Of a stretch of DNA of 64,000 nucleotides, positions 1-13,325 are shown in pieces. The notes below the pieces were generated by a model. That model saw only the letters and a program-made list of their open reading frames with translations. It was not told where the DNA came from and did no database searches. Made by a program: the position numbers and the translations under genes. Each line of letters opens with the position of its first letter. Position 1 is the stretch's first letter. Source of the stretch: Octopus vulgaris (taxonomy: Eukaryota); NCBI GenBank assembly GCA_951406725.2, contig OX597825.1, positions 76,074,001 to 76,138,000 of the forward strand, read 5' to 3'.

Positions 1-449
1 GGAATAGACCAGAAAGAAGTGAGCAACGTTGGAGATGAATTTATTCATGTGAGGGAGGGGTTTAGTTGATTACACTGACACAAAGATCATCATCATGATC
101 ATCATGATCATCATCATACCCACTACCACCACCACCACCAGAGATCAGGGATGGTAAGTAGATGGGGAGGATGAAAGGAATAAGGCGGGGAACAGAGAAG
201 AGATGGGTTAGTTATAAGGTTGAGAAAAAAGGAGGATCAGAATTGAAAAGAGAATGAGTTTAGTGGGGGACAGGTCTAGGGCTATCCATCATTATAAGTA
301 TGTTTTAGAAAAGAATGAGAATTAAACTTGGTTCCACTGAGAGTGTGGACCCAACCATTTTGAAGTATCAAATGCATTCTCATAAAACATGCAGCCTGCC
401 TCCCTATCATCTTTAGATATTTTAAAATAGAATAAAAATATAATTTTAC

Positions 450-676
450 TTCACTGATCCTCAGAGATTTATCAAAGAAATTGAATCTTAGGCTTGTGAT
501 TTCACTGTCTTCATATGTCTTCAGATTAAAATATCTAACATAGTAATCTCCATATATAGCTAGATGTTTCCAAAACAACTTTCTAGTGGTAGAAGATAAC
601 CTGTCTTGATTTATTTCTACGGTGAAATTTCGTTCATGTTCTTCAGGAGAAATAACTTTCAACTGCCAATCTTTAC
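450..676 (-). CDS. Host gene internal exon (long type, phase 1 to 0), third PLAT-like module: (S)KDWQLKVISPEEHERNFTVEIN...FFDKSLRISE
   Basis: Acceptor tttatatttcag| at 677-678 and donor GAA|gtaaaa at 449-448. Length 227 nt (3n+2), open frame inside ORF 282..662. Phase matches the upstream exon at 15885 (A+GT=Ser). An alternative donor atca|gtgaag a few nt earlier cannot be excluded. Confidence 0.75.
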
Positions 677-712
677 CTGAAATATAAATTCAGAAAATAT
701 GTCTTTTAGTGT

Positions 713-748
<36 letters not shown>

Positions 749-858
749 ATATGCACACATAAATACATATACATTTTAATCTGTAAGACCCTTAAGTGAT
801 GCATTTATATCGTTCACCTAAAGTACTCATAATTTGTTACATCATTTTGGATTTGTGG

Positions 859-1772
859 AAGTAATGATGTGGAAGTGTGGTAAGAAGTGGAGATGTGGCA
901 GTATGGTAAGAAGTGCAGCATGGTAAGAAGTAATGATGTAGCCGTGTGGTAAGAAGAAATGATGTGGGAGAGTATTAAGTAATAATGATATGCCAGTGTG
1001 GTAACAAGCAATGATGTGGTAATGGGGTGAGAAGTGATGAGGTAGCAGTGTAGTAAAAGTAATAATGTGGCAGTGTGGTAAGTAGTAATGATGTGGCAGT
1101 GTGATAAGAAGAAATGATGTAGGAGTGTGGTAAGAATTCACGATGTGGTTGTGTAGTAAGAAGTACAGATGTTGCGGTGTGGTAAGAAGTAACGATATAC
1201 AGTGTGTGAAGAAATAATGATGTAGCATTGTGTTAAGAATTCACGATGTGGTAGTGAGGTAAGAATGATATGGAGGTGTGGTAAGAAGTAAGAAGTGCAG
1301 ATGTGGCAGTGTAATAAAAGTAATGATGTGTGAATTGGTAATAATTAACGATGTGGTAGTTTGGTAACAAGTGATAATTTGGGAATGCGGTAAGAAGTAA
1401 TGATGTGGCAGTGTGACAAGAATTAATGGTGATACAGTGTGGTAAGAATACTGGTGTGACAGTGTGGTAAGAAGTAATGATGTAACAGTATTGTAAGAAG
1501 TAAAGATGTGGTAATGTGGTAGTGAAGTAAGTAGTAATAATTATGCGGCCGTCTGGTACGAAGTAATGATTTACTAGTTTTGCAAGAATTAATGATGTGT
1601 GAATGTGTTAAGTAGTATTGATGTAGCAGTGTGGTATGAAGTACAGATCTGGTAGTGTGGTAAGAAGTAATGACATATTAATGTGCTAAGAAGTAATGAT
1701 GTGGCTGTGTGGTAATAATTAATAATGTAGCAGTGTGGTAAGGAGTAATGATGTGGCAGTGTTGTAAGAAGT
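859..1772 (+). repeat. Degenerate ~26-bp minisatellite (consensus GTAATGATGTGGCAGTGTGGTAAGAA), roughly 35 units, derived from a SINE 5' head
   Basis: Unit recurs throughout the interval, and the last unit runs directly into a tRNA-like SINE body (gtttgcttgccaactgcatggtttgggattcattccc...). Confidence 0.85.
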
Positions 1773-1839
1773 TTGCTTGCCAACTGCATGGTTTGGGATT
1801 CATTCCCACTGTATGGCACCTTTGCCATGTGTCTTCTAC

Positions 1840-2625
1840 TATCAGGGTGGTCTGAAAAGTTCATAGGCTGTGTATGAAGGAGAGATGCTACAGTTGTGAA
1901 ATCTTGCATGCATTAATTTCAAATCTTCCTATTAATAAAGAAATAGTTTCTTTCCATCGAAACTGACATCTGACTGTTCAAGGAAGACTTCAAACGTAAG
2001 AGCTTGCCACTTCTCTTGCAAAGGGACAAAGTCTGGCATCGTGGTATTATCAAGTATTTGTAGAAAAAGTGATTAGACCCCAAGAACTGTCATACAGACA
2101 TGATTGCTACATTAATGGATAATGCTCCAGCTTTAATGAGAGTGCAAAAGTGAGCATCTGAGGGGAAGAGATAGTCTTAAAGATGGCTCAATGTCTGAAT
2201 GATTTGCAATTGCCACCACTCAGGAAAACAATTATTGTGTTCACCAATTGGTGATGGATGATTGATGATTAACTATAAATTAAACTAGCAGTATCGCCCG
2301 GCGTTGCTCGGGTTTGTAAGGGAAATAACTATATAAGCATTTTTAGAGAGTTACTTCCCTTATATAACCAGAGTAAAAATCATTAAAATGCGGAAAAATG
2401 ATGGTAATTTTTTTTTTAAATCGTAGACTCATCATAGATGCACGCTAATACCCAGAAGGGCTCGATATGAATCACGACTATAAGATACCCACTTTTGGTT
2501 AAACTGCACCGCAAAATGTGGGAGTAGTTAGGAATCTAAATCGGAGTAGACAGACACACACACACACAACTTTAGTTTTATATATAAAGATAGCGAATGT
2601 TATTTGCAAATCCAGTGAGAAAGTA
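1840..2625 (+). mobile_element. Decayed mariner transposon 5' part (TIR plus N-terminal HTH region of transposase), interrupted by a Helitron
   Basis: TIR-like tatcagggtggtctgaaaagttc. Conceptual translation DKVWHRGIIKYL..DMIATLMDNAP..GRDSLKD..ATTQEN..VHQLVMDD resembles the Himar1-type transposase N-terminus, with many stops. Confidence 0.7.
2285..2590 (-). mobile_element. Non-autonomous Helitron
   Basis: Minus strand starts TC (tctttatatataaaac) and ends with GC hairpin cccgagcaacgccggg followed by CTAG. Inserted between A and T with no TSD; the mariner sequence resumes on the other side. Confidence 0.85.
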
Positions 2626-3771
2626 GTGAGGAGATGACAATGGACCAAGGTGTATGGCAATATGAGGTTGTTGAGACGAGTCATCCACCAAAACAAAACT
2701 GAATTCTGGAAGCACTCTGTGTTATTCTGCCCATACTCAACATTAATTCTTAAACTCCACCCCAATGAACCAAACTTCATCTCTTCATGCACTATACTTT
2801 CACTCCCTATCACTCCTACCATCCAATTCTGCTCTGTCATCTATCTCATCTGTCTTCCCTCAGCAAGCTGTATCATTGCTATCCTGCTGGTCCCCTATAT
2901 ACTTGTGTCTCACCACTCACTGCATCCCCGTTCTCCTCCCTTCATCTCTTTTGCACTCTCATGAACTGTTTGCTCACTATCCCAATCCAGTCCTTTCTTC
3001 TACCCCATTTACATTCATCTCCTAATATCTAGAGGCACACACTGGCACGTTGCCACCATCTCTCTCTCTTTCCCACAGACTGGGGTAACCCTCATCGTCT
3101 GGCACAAAGCCACCTCTCTCAATATCACTCTCCCTCCCAGTTGAGGGGTTTTTGGGATACAAATTCTTCAGTAACCTCACTGGTGTTGGTGCCATGGGAA
3201 AAGCACTCAATACACTCTGTAAAATGGTTGGCATTAGGAAGTCATCTAGCAATAGAAACTCTGCCAAAACAGACAACTGGAGCTTGGTGCAGTCCTCTGG
3301 CTCACCAGCCCATGTCAAACTGTCCAACCCATGCCAGCATGGAAACAGACAATGTGTGTGTGTATGTGTACTCGCTCACACACACACACACACACAGTGT
3401 TACCAAGTCTGCACTCTATGACATTACATTGTCATTTCATGCACACTCATAAATATCTTGCGACCAATAAAATATCCAAAGGCTCAGTTTGCAGAAAACC
3501 TGTAGAATTTGTTGGGATGGTTGATTGTTTCAATCTTTTGGATTACTTAAGCTGTACACCTCATTATCTCTCAAAACTACATTAGCTACTATACCTTCAA
3601 CTACCTCCTTAACTATTTTGATACCAACTCTCTCAATATCATGCCTAGTTCTATCATACAAAACTCCAGTTTTAAAGTGATTGAAATTAAAACCTTCCAA
3701 TAAAATTCAATGTTAATTCATGTTTCAAAAATCATTTTAATAACCACAAATCATTTTAATATATTCTTCAT

Positions 3772-3980
3772 TGAGCTGGCAGAAACGTTAGCATGCCAGG
3801 TGAAATGCTTAGTGGTATTTTGTGTCTTTATGTTCTGAGTTCAAATTCTACTGAGGTCAACTTTGCCTTTCATCCTTTTGGGGGTCAAAAAATTATGTAT
3901 CAGTTGCATACTGGGGTCGATCTAATCGACTGGCCCCCTCTCCAAAAATTTCGGGCCTTGTGCCTTGAGTAGAAAAGAAT
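3772..3980 (+). mobile_element. tRNA-derived SINE (same family at ~24473-24580 -, ~25570-25790 -, ~34020-34190 -, ~37970-38180 +)
   Basis: A-box-like gagctggcagaaacgttagc, B-box-like gagttcaaattc, and a shared body ctttgcctttcatcctt; several dispersed copies in the window. Confidence 0.75.
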
Positions 3981-4581
3981 ATATTCTTCATTATTTTCAA
4001 AATTAAAACTTTTTCTATTAAAATACGGTAACTGAAGAATTTATCTGTGAACTTCCATTCAAGACTGAGTGGCAATATTTATTTCCAGTGTAAAATGGAC
4101 ACTAATATATAATTAATATGAAGACATTATAATTGGTCTAATTAATAAATGTTGACATGGCTGTGTTGTTAAGAAGTGTGGTTTGGAATTAAGTGACATT
4201 AGGTTCAATCCCCCCATGTGTCACCTTGGGCATATGTCTTTTGCTTTACCTTCATGTTGACTAATGCCTTTGATTGAACATTGTTGTACTTAAATGCTTA
4301 AAGAGCAGTTCTTGAAATATCTTTGACTCCCTCATCTAACCTTAGCTCTGATGTTATTACTAGCTTAGGCTCAATTATTTGTATGTTGCTTAGCTAAGAT
4401 GGCAGAACCTAACACTTACTTCTAACAGTCTGTCTCAATACACTGGAGCCTTGTTTGTGTATCCTGTTGCTAGCCCAGTACATCTGGTCCTATATAAATT
4501 AGGTATAGAGAAATTTCACCTGCTTTCAAATTCCATAACGTTTGTCACTAGCACTTGCAAGATCAGTAGTTCTACCAACTT

Positions 4582-4641
<60 letters not shown>

Positions 4642-4688
4642 TATTGCATTTCTAAATCTCTCAGAGAGACTTATACAGTAGCAGCACA

Positions 4689-5030
4689 ATAAAGTGATGG
4701 TTTGTTTGTTGCCAACTTAATGTGGCAGTCCCAGGAAAGGGAAGATTGTTACTGCTATTTAGCCCCAGGAAACTTCAAATGTGAATAAGCATTGACAGCT
4801 AGTAAGCCAAGCTACTCCAGACTGATGAAGAGCAATGATTCTGAAACTAGTCTCTGAATGCTGGCTTTGCTGGGTGGAGGTGTTTATCTCCCCTGTTTGA
4901 AAATTTAAGGACACACAATGCTTGTGTCACATAGTCAACTGGAAACGATGTTTCCTGCGCCTAAATAGCAGTAGCATTCTTCCCTTTCCTGGGACTGCCA
5001 TATTCAGTTGGCAACAAACCACCACTTTAT
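4689..5030. repeat. ~340-bp element with ~70-bp inverted terminal repeats around a hammerhead motif (Penelope pLTR-like remnant)
   Basis: 4689-4762 is the near reverse complement of 4961-5030; flanked by (TA)n. Confidence 0.75.
4805..4866 (+). ncRNA. Minimal type I hammerhead ribozyme
   Basis: caga-CTGATGA-aga..tct-GAAA-CTAG-TC-tctg: GUC cleavage triplet, palindromic stem III, and stem I extendable (agccaagc..caga / tctg..gctggct). Confidence 0.8.
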
Positions 5031-5514
5031 ATATATATATTCTCTCTATATAAACGGCAGTATATATATCAACCGATTCTGATGAAACTTGACACACATA
5101 GCCAATGTCATAATCAAAACTAACGCAGCGAAAATTTTGAAAAGTTCCCCAGTTCTGAAAAAATCGATAAATTCGACATGGGTCGAGAATGTTTTATATT
5201 GGTATCATTTTGGTTTTGATGTATATACACAATTTATTTTTCTATGTCCATATAGAGTTGGTTTCGTTTTCTTTTGTTTCATTAGTATAGATATACATAT
5301 GTATGTGAGTAAAGAAATAATGGGGTATATATGTAGATATAGCGTATTTATCTTATTTAATTTGTTGTTTTGGATTATTGTTGATATGTGGGGCATTTCG
5401 TTTGCATTGTATTACTTTGTTTTTGTTGTATGTATGAATATATGTAAATGTTTTTTTTTTGTTGACTGTTTTGAATTGATTTTGTTTTTCGCTTTGTTTC
5501 TATAAACGGAAAAA

Positions 5515-8500
5515 TTGTTATCTCCCTTGCATTCTAACAGTCAAATTAAAAATACCTAGTTTTAAATTAGTATATATGAAATAATGTTCTAACATAAATA
5601 GATACATGTGTGCATGAATTGTGTATGTATGTAAATTGTAAAAAGTATATATATATATATATAATGTGTGTAGTGTGTGTGTATAAAAAAATAAGTTCAA
5701 AAAGAGCAATTCAAACGTTTTGAAGGATCCCCACCAAAAAGAAAAAAAGACAATACAAATATGTAAAAAATAATAATAATAATTAGTATTACTATTATAA
5801 AAATTGTACATTGTCATTCTCATCAGTGAAGAATAATTTAAAACTAAAATATGTAAAATACGTAAAACAAACTAAATTTCGATAACTTAATCTATATTCA
5901 TCAATTTATTTATTTATTTTATAAACACTTTGGTTTAATCTTATTCTACTTATGTTATATACACTACAAAATCTACTGTTAATTTACTACTACATTATAC
6001 TACTACAAATTATAACTACAAAAATTAGTAACATAAATCATGGTTAAATATATACATACACACATTAGCTAAACTTACTATATAAGTAATTTAACTTATG
6101 TCTACATTTAATTTTTCTCTCATCTTGGTAATTAAACAATTTTATATTATTAGATAGTAATATCTCCATAAATTCATTTGTACATAGTAAACAAAATCAG
6201 TACCTATTCGATAAGATTTAGCTTTACAAACTATCTCCCAATTTAAAATATACTTAATTCCTTTAGATTTCAATTTCCATATATATTTGCTAAGGACAGT
6301 AGAATTAATCAATGTTTTATTCTCAAATGAATGCATGTGTTGAGCCACCCTTAATTTAATTTATTAGAAGTTGACCCCACGTAAATTGCATTTAAATTAT
6401 AACTATTTGTATTAATATTATCATCAATCAAAGTAACTACACATTTATATACTACATCATACAAATTACATTTTGTCTTATCTCTACATGTACAATTAAT
6501 TATATTCTGGTCTTTATTATTATTAGAATAATTATTTAGCATGTTACTGTAAAACTTATTAAGCTTAAATCTATTAAAAGAAGAAATAATGTTACCAGCA
6601 TTCTTTGTATTAGAATAACCAATTCCAAAATTATTACTAGAAAAAAATGTTATATTTTTATTATCTATAATGAATACTTCAATTAGTTTTAATATCTCTT
6701 TAATAAAGTTTGTTTTAACTTGAGCCCTATAAAGAATAATTAACCAAATTTTGTTCTTATTATTAACATTATTTTTTATTTATTATATTATTATATTTAT
6801 AATTATCATTAAGCAAATTAAATTTATTCTTATCTTTTAGTCTATTATTATATTCATTTTTTGTATTATCATAATACCTATTATTAAAACCATAGTTACC
6901 TAAATAAAACTTTTCATAATTCTTAATATTAGGTTTATTATTATAAATATCATAGAAATTATTATATTATAAACTTTTATATTATGATTATATTTATAAT
7001 TATTGAAGAATTTAATACTAATATTATATCCTGCCTCCTGCAAGGCTTCATTATAATAAGATGTGTTTTTGGAAAATCTCAAAATTAGAAGAAAGCATCG
7101 ATATTCTTTTACCTATATTATCTATCAACGATTTCTTAATTGAGGGTGGGTGATTACTATTAGCATTAATATATCTAAGGTTTTCATTAATTTTATGGAA
7201 TGTTCAGGTTTTACCTGTTATTAAATTAAAATTAGCATCTAACTAATTAAAATTATAGTTCTCTTTATATATAGTAATACCTAATCTGTATCTTTTAAAA
7301 AAAAACATATAGTTTCTTCTTATATAATTCTAGTGTTCTATTGGTGCAATTCTTAATAAAAGGTCATCCCTATATAATACACCCTCCAACTTTAATTTTT
7401 CAAATTGAAGTTCTGATAATAATTAAATACCTACTAAATCAGTTACCTGGGCAGGATCGGGGGCCCCCATAGGTATATCAAAATAGTCTCTAGTATCCTT
7501 CCTAGCCCACACTTTATTATTATATCTAATCAACGATTCCCTAGCCTCTTTAACTACATTTTCATCATAAGTCATTCCAACCTTATTCTTTGCAAAAATT
7601 AGGGCCTTATTGAGAACAATCTCATTTATAGAAGAATAGTAATTATCTATATCTATTTGAATGAATTTATATCTATTTTTATCTTTAGTATTATTAAACC
7701 ATTTTAAAGTATCATTAGTACTACTCCAAAGTTTTAGATAATTAAGTTCATTTAATCTATTAATTTATTTATCTAAAATAATCTTAATTTACCTAGAGCT
7801 GATTTACATGGACAAACATGTCTAACTTTTGGGTCAGAATAAAAATTATCTTTATGATTTTTTAAAGTAATTCTAGGGTGCATAGGTATATAAGGTTCAG
7901 TTTTATTATCTAACTCATATTTCATCATGATTAATTTAGAGACCTTATTTATATTATAAAGAGTATTTTCAGGAACAATTTTACATTATCTATATATTTC
8001 TCTAATAGATTATCATATAATTTAACATCTAATTTATACAGGTTCTTAATTTTAACTGATTGTACTATAATTCCTTCCATATTTCACATTTCTTTTATTC
8101 CAATAGCTAGATTTCTTAAATATTCATTGTGCCTGTTATATTCCCCACTATAATTATATAGATGAATAACTAAACTTGTGTATGTGTATATGCATCTGTG
8201 TATACGTACATATGTCTGTATGTATGCATACAAAAATGATAGGTATATGTGTGTATATATAAGTATATATAAATATGTGTATACATAAGCGTCTGTATTG
8301 TGCAAATAAATCAGTTATAGGACAGAATTATTTTAGATTTAAAGTTATGAATATATAAAAATTTTAGTTAGATCATTTACTTATTTACGATCAAGCTCGC
8401 TCTTATATAGCATCTTTGTAAAGATTTTTAAAATTAAAAATATTTTCATTTGATATTTTTTGTCAAATAGTTAAAAAGATATGTCAATCTGATGAAGCAT

Positions 8501-8867
8501 CATTACATAGTTAAACGGATTTGATTATTCTTGTAAAACATCGTTTTATTAATGAAGTGGAAACAGCTGTAGTTTATGAGATGTGCCATTTGTTTTCTAT
8601 AAAATATTGAAATTGAATTGAATTTATAATTGTCCAATTTATTTTGCTTTTCCATTTCTGATTTATATATATATATATATTTCCTCCACCTCACTCTCTA
8701 TTTATATCACATCGAAACTAACTATTACTTAACTTTTCCTCTCACACATTCTCCGGTGAAGGGATATTATTATTAATTAATATTCTAGAAACAGCTGTAA
8801 GACCTTCTATCTATAAATGGTCTAATATCTATGCAGCCATGTTTTTTTTTATCTTATTACGCAAAAA

Positions 8868-8870
<3 letters not shown>
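5515..8870 (-). mobile_element. Decayed AT-rich Penelope-like retroelement (RT + GIY-YIG)
   Basis: Minus-strand RT motifs DIPMGAPDPAQVTDLVG (~7430-7480) and LYRDD (~7360-7380). GIY-YIG remnants VVYKC..AIYVGSTSN and LSKYIWKLK..LNWEIV (6142-6542). Hammerhead-like motifs at both ends. Confidence 0.8.
8485..8575 (+). ncRNA. Hammerhead-ribozyme-like motif (probably decayed); a second degenerate copy lies at 8749-8802
   Basis: CTGATGA-agcatcatta...taatgaagtg-GAAA-CAGCTG-TA with weak stem I. The second copy has core CCGGTGA, stem II gggatatt/aatattct and GAAA-CAGCTG-TA. Confidence 0.55.
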
Positions 8871-8897
<27 letters not shown>

Positions 8898-8898
<1 letters not shown>

Positions 8899-11656
8899 CA
8901 TCATCATCATCATCATCGTTTAACGTCCGTTTTCCGTGCTAGCACGGGTTGGACGGTTCGACCGGGGTCTGGGGAGCCAGGGGCTGCTCCAGGCTCCAGT
9001 CTGATCTGGCAGTATTTCTACAGCTGGATGCCCTTCCTAACGCCAACCACTCTGCGAGTGTAGTGGGTGCTTTTTACGTGCCACCTGCACAGGTGCCAGA
9101 GGGGTCTGGCATCGGCCAAGATCGGTTGGTGCTTATTATGTGCCACCGGCACAGAAGCCAGTCGAGGTGGTGCTGGCATCGGCCACGTTCGGATGGTGCT
9201 TTTTATGTGCCACCGGCACAGAAGCCATTCGAGGCAGGGTTGGCATCGGTCACGTTCGGATGGTGCTTTTTATGTGCCACCGGCACAGAAGCCAGTCGAG
9301 GCGGCACTGGCAACGGCCACGTTCAGATGGGGCTTTTTATGTGCCACCGGCACAGGTATCACAACTACTGTTTCCATTGATATTTGGTTCGATGTCATGT
9401 ACATGCACTTGACTCGACAGGTCTCCTCAAGCACAGCGAGATGTTCCGGGGTCCAAGGTACTTTGAATGGGCAGGGGGTATGCAGAACTGGTGCCGGAAG
9501 CATCCCGGGTCTTAGTAGTCACAGCACATCTCCAGAGATCCCGGTCCTTCGCCATTGCCTCACTGAGGCCCAACGCTCTGAGGTCATGCTTGACTACCTC
9601 ATCCCATGTCTTCCTGGGTCTACCTCTCCCCCTGATTCCTTCAACTGTTTGAGAGTGGCACTTCTTCACACATCTCTCCTCATCCATCCGCAGTACATGA
9701 CCATACCATCGCAAGCGTCGCTCTTGCACACCGCATCTGATGCTTCTTATGCCTAGCATTTCTCTCAGGATGCTTACACTCTGTCGTGCATTCACACTGA
9801 CATTACACATCCAGCGGATCATGCTAGCTTCATTTCTTTCAAGTCTACGCATGTCATCTGCAGTCACGGCCCATGTTCCACTGCCGTGAAGCATGGCAGT
9901 TCGCACACATGCATCATACAATCTACCTTTCACTCTGAGTGAGAGACCCTTTGTCGCCAGTAGGGGTAGGAGCTTTCTAAACTTTGCCCAGGCTATTCGT
10001 ATTCTAGTGGTGACACTCTCTGAGCATCCACCCCCACTACTAACTTGGTCACCCAGGTAGTGGAAACTATCAACTACTTCTAGTTTCTCCCCCTGGAGTG
10101 TGATGGAATCTGTTTTCTGAGTATTTGTGGTGTCTATTGTCCCTGTGCATCTGCCGCACATGAAAGCTATCTTATCAGTTTACATTCCCTTTGATGTTGC
10201 TGCACCTCTTATGCATCCATAGCTTACACTGGGTGCATCTTATGGAGTTTCTACCTACACCTTTCCTACAACTCGAGCAGGGCCACCTGCCTGATGGGGT
10301 GTGTGTTGAGTTCGCCTTTCTGCATACTATAACTTTGGTCTTCGCTACATTTACTCTAAGGCCCTTTGATTCTAACCCTTGTTTCCACACCCGAAATTTC
10401 TTTTTTAGTTCCGGTAGTGATTCTGCTATGAGGGCCAGGTCATCAGCATAGAGGAGCTCCCAGGGGCAACCTGTTTTGAATTCCTCTGTTATTGCCTGGA
10501 GGACTATGATGAATAAAAGGGGACTGAGGGCTGAGCCCTGGTGTACACCTACTTCTACCCGGAATTCTTCACTATATTCGTTGCCAATCCTAACCTTGCT
10601 GACAGCCTCTCTGTATAGAGCCTGTACAGCCCTTATTAGCCATTCGTCAATCTCCAGTTTACGCATCGACCACCAGATAAGGGATCGGGGGACCCTGTCA
10701 AAGGCTTTCTCCAAGTCCACAAAAGCTATGTAGAGGGGTTTATCTTTAGCTAGGTACTTCTCCTGCAGTTGTCGGACCAGGAATAAAGCATCAGTGGTGC
10801 TTCTACCCAGCACAAAACCGAACTGCATCTCATCTAAGCAAATTCTCTCCCTAATGAGATGGGTTATGACCCTCTCTGTGGCCTTCATCACCTGATCCAA
10901 CAGTTTAATACCCCCGTAGTTATTTCTATCTAGAACATCACCCTTACCCTTGTAGCAGTTGACTATGGTGCTGCTACGCCAGTCATTGGGTATGACTCCA
11001 TTATGAACTACCTGGTTAACAATACGGGTGACTAGGCCATAGCCCACATAACCAGCTGTTTTAAGCATCTCAGCAGTGATACCTGATGGGCCGGGGGCTT
11101 TACCTGGTTTCATATCCTTAATTGCCTTAACTACAAGGGAGCTGTCTATTTGGATAGCTGGTCCCTCTACTGGGTCAACATTTGGCAGGCTCTCCTCCTC
11201 CCATTCATTCTCCACATTCAGCAGTCTTTCATAATGGCTTCTCCAAGCCTCTTTCTTTTCACCAACATTAAAAGCAAGTGCCCCATCATCCATGCGGACA
11301 CATTTCTCTCCTGTAACATCACTATTTTCTCTCACACACTGTCTAGCAATACGAAATACCTCAGTTCTTTGCTCCTCACGTCGCTGGACATTGGCAAACT
11401 TCTTCTTTTCTGCTATATCTTTGGCTATGTATACCTGCCGCCCGGCCTCCCTTTTGGCTACTTGGTACGGTTCCCTGCTACCCCCATCCCTCCAGGCTCT
11501 CCAGGCCTGTTTCTTTGAACTAATGGCTTTGTCTACTGCACTATTCCACCACCACGTAACTCTAGGTCTGGAAGGAACTTTGCACCATCCACAGATTTGG
11601 TCTGTGGCACTCAGCAAGCTGTCCCGTAGGAATTTCCAGCTACCTTCTATGTCCGA
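8898..11656 (-). mobile_element. 5'-truncated RTE-clade LINE, young copy
   Basis: RT ORF 10175-11689 (FVDLEKAFD, GVHQGS, LLYADD) continues after one frameshift into 9427-10161 (RLRWYGHV, RGRGRPRKTW). 3' UTR has tandem repeats and a (GAT)n tail; (TA)n on both sides. Confidence 0.95.
10175..11656 (-). pseudogene. RTE reverse transcriptase (partial ORF2) with PHD-like Cys/His finger
   Basis: RT motifs as above, plus CSSC..CTQC..HKRC..(frameshift)..CGRC. Confidence 0.9.
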
Positions 11657-12244
11657 TATATATATATATATATATGTACTGAACTTCAATTAGAAAATTT
11701 TAAGTTGGAGGGTGGTTTATATAGGGATGATCTTTTATTACTAAGAATTGCGCCAATAGAACACTTGAATTATATAAGAAGAAACTATATAGTTTCTTTA
11801 AAAGATATGGATTAAGTATTACTATATATAAGGAGAACTATAATATTAATTATTTAGATGTTAATTTGAATTTAATAACGGGTAAAACCCAACCATATCA
11901 CAAATTTAATGGAAACCTTAGATATATAAATGCTAATAGTAATCACCCACCCTCAATTAAAAATCGCTGATGAATAACATTGGTAAAAGAATATCATTAC
12001 TCTGTTATCATTTAAAGATTTTCAATGAACATGCACCTTATTATAATGAAGCCCTGCGAAAGGCAGGATATAATAATAATATCAAATTCTTTAATAATAA
12101 TAGTTGTAATTATAATATAAAAGATTATAATAAACATAATGTTAAAAATTATGATAAGTTTTATTTAGATAATTATGTTCTTAAAAATAGATATTACAAT
12201 AATACAAATCATAAGAATAATAATCGAAGAAAAAATAAAAATTT

Positions 12245-13325
12245 GCTATTGATCTCGTGCAGGATACCCAAACTGAACAACCCGAGGGAAGTACGGCAAC
12301 TATTGTTGCAAAGAAGGTGAAAATAATGGCAACGAAAAAAGTGCACGAGCAATTGGCTGATAGATGGTAGGAGAAACCTCTGCATGGCAAATATGTGGCC
12401 CGCAGCAAACAAGCTAATGTTGACCAGAAGCAAACCCATCAGTGGCTACGGAGCTCAGGGCTAAAAGCAGAGAGCGAAGGTTTCATCCTGGCTGCTCAAG
12501 ATCAAAGCTTATTAACCCGGAACTACCAGGCCAATGTGATGAAAAATGGAGCAGACCCAGAATGCCGATTCTGCAACGACATGATTGAAACAGTGGACCA
12601 CCTAATCTCTGGATGTAAAGTCTTAGCACCAGTGGAGTATAAATTAAGACATGACAGAGTTGGCCAATATCTACACTGGCTAATAAGTCGGCATTACAAT
12701 ATCAAAACTGCCGACAAGTGGTATAATCACCACCCTGAGGCTGTAACTGAAGGAGAAAATGTAACCATTCTGTGGGACTTTCCAGTACATACAGACCGAA
12801 CCATCAAGGCCAATAAACCAGATATTGTTGTGAAAGACCAAAACAATAAAGTTTGCTTATTGATCGACATGAGCATACCCTGTGATCATAATATCTCAGC
12901 GAAAGAGTTTGACAAGCTCAGAAAATATAAAGACCTACTCATTGAAATTGAGAAAATGTGGCATCTCAAGGCGGTTACAATACCAGTGATCGTAGGAGCA
13001 CTAGGAATGATCAAGAAGGGAACCGAAAATTATATGAGAATGATCCCTGGCTTACCATCCCTGCAAGAAGTGCAAAAGATTGTCTTAACTGGTACATCAC
13101 ACGTATTGAGAAGAGCATTGTCGATGTGAGAACTGTTGCTGCTCATGTATTTTAATATAACTTTAAAAAAAAAAAAATTAAAAAATGAACGAACTATTGA
13201 GTTTGGTTTGATGGCCTACCAATGTATACTATGAGTTTCTTTGCCCTAGGAGTCGGAAGACACTCGGCAAGAAATGGAAGCAAATTTGAAAGAAGAAAAA
13301 TAAAGTAATAATAATAATAATAATA
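12245..13325 (+). mobile_element. 3' end of an RLE-type non-LTR retrotransposon (R4/Dong-like)
   Basis: ORF 12395-13129 has EGFILAAQDQ, CCHC knuckle CRFC..ETVDHLISGC, RHD and PD..D endonuclease motif KPDIVV..LIDMSIP. Ends in a (TAA)n tail. 5' boundary approximate. Confidence 0.85.

Noticed and set aside
814-1909. His/Thr/Tyr-rich ORFs
   Set aside because: Translations of the 26-bp minisatellite
9066-9355. Regularly spaced repeats resembling a CRISPR array
   Set aside because: Whole units are repeated with no unique spacers; they are RTE 3' UTR tandem repeats in eukaryotic DNA with no cas genes
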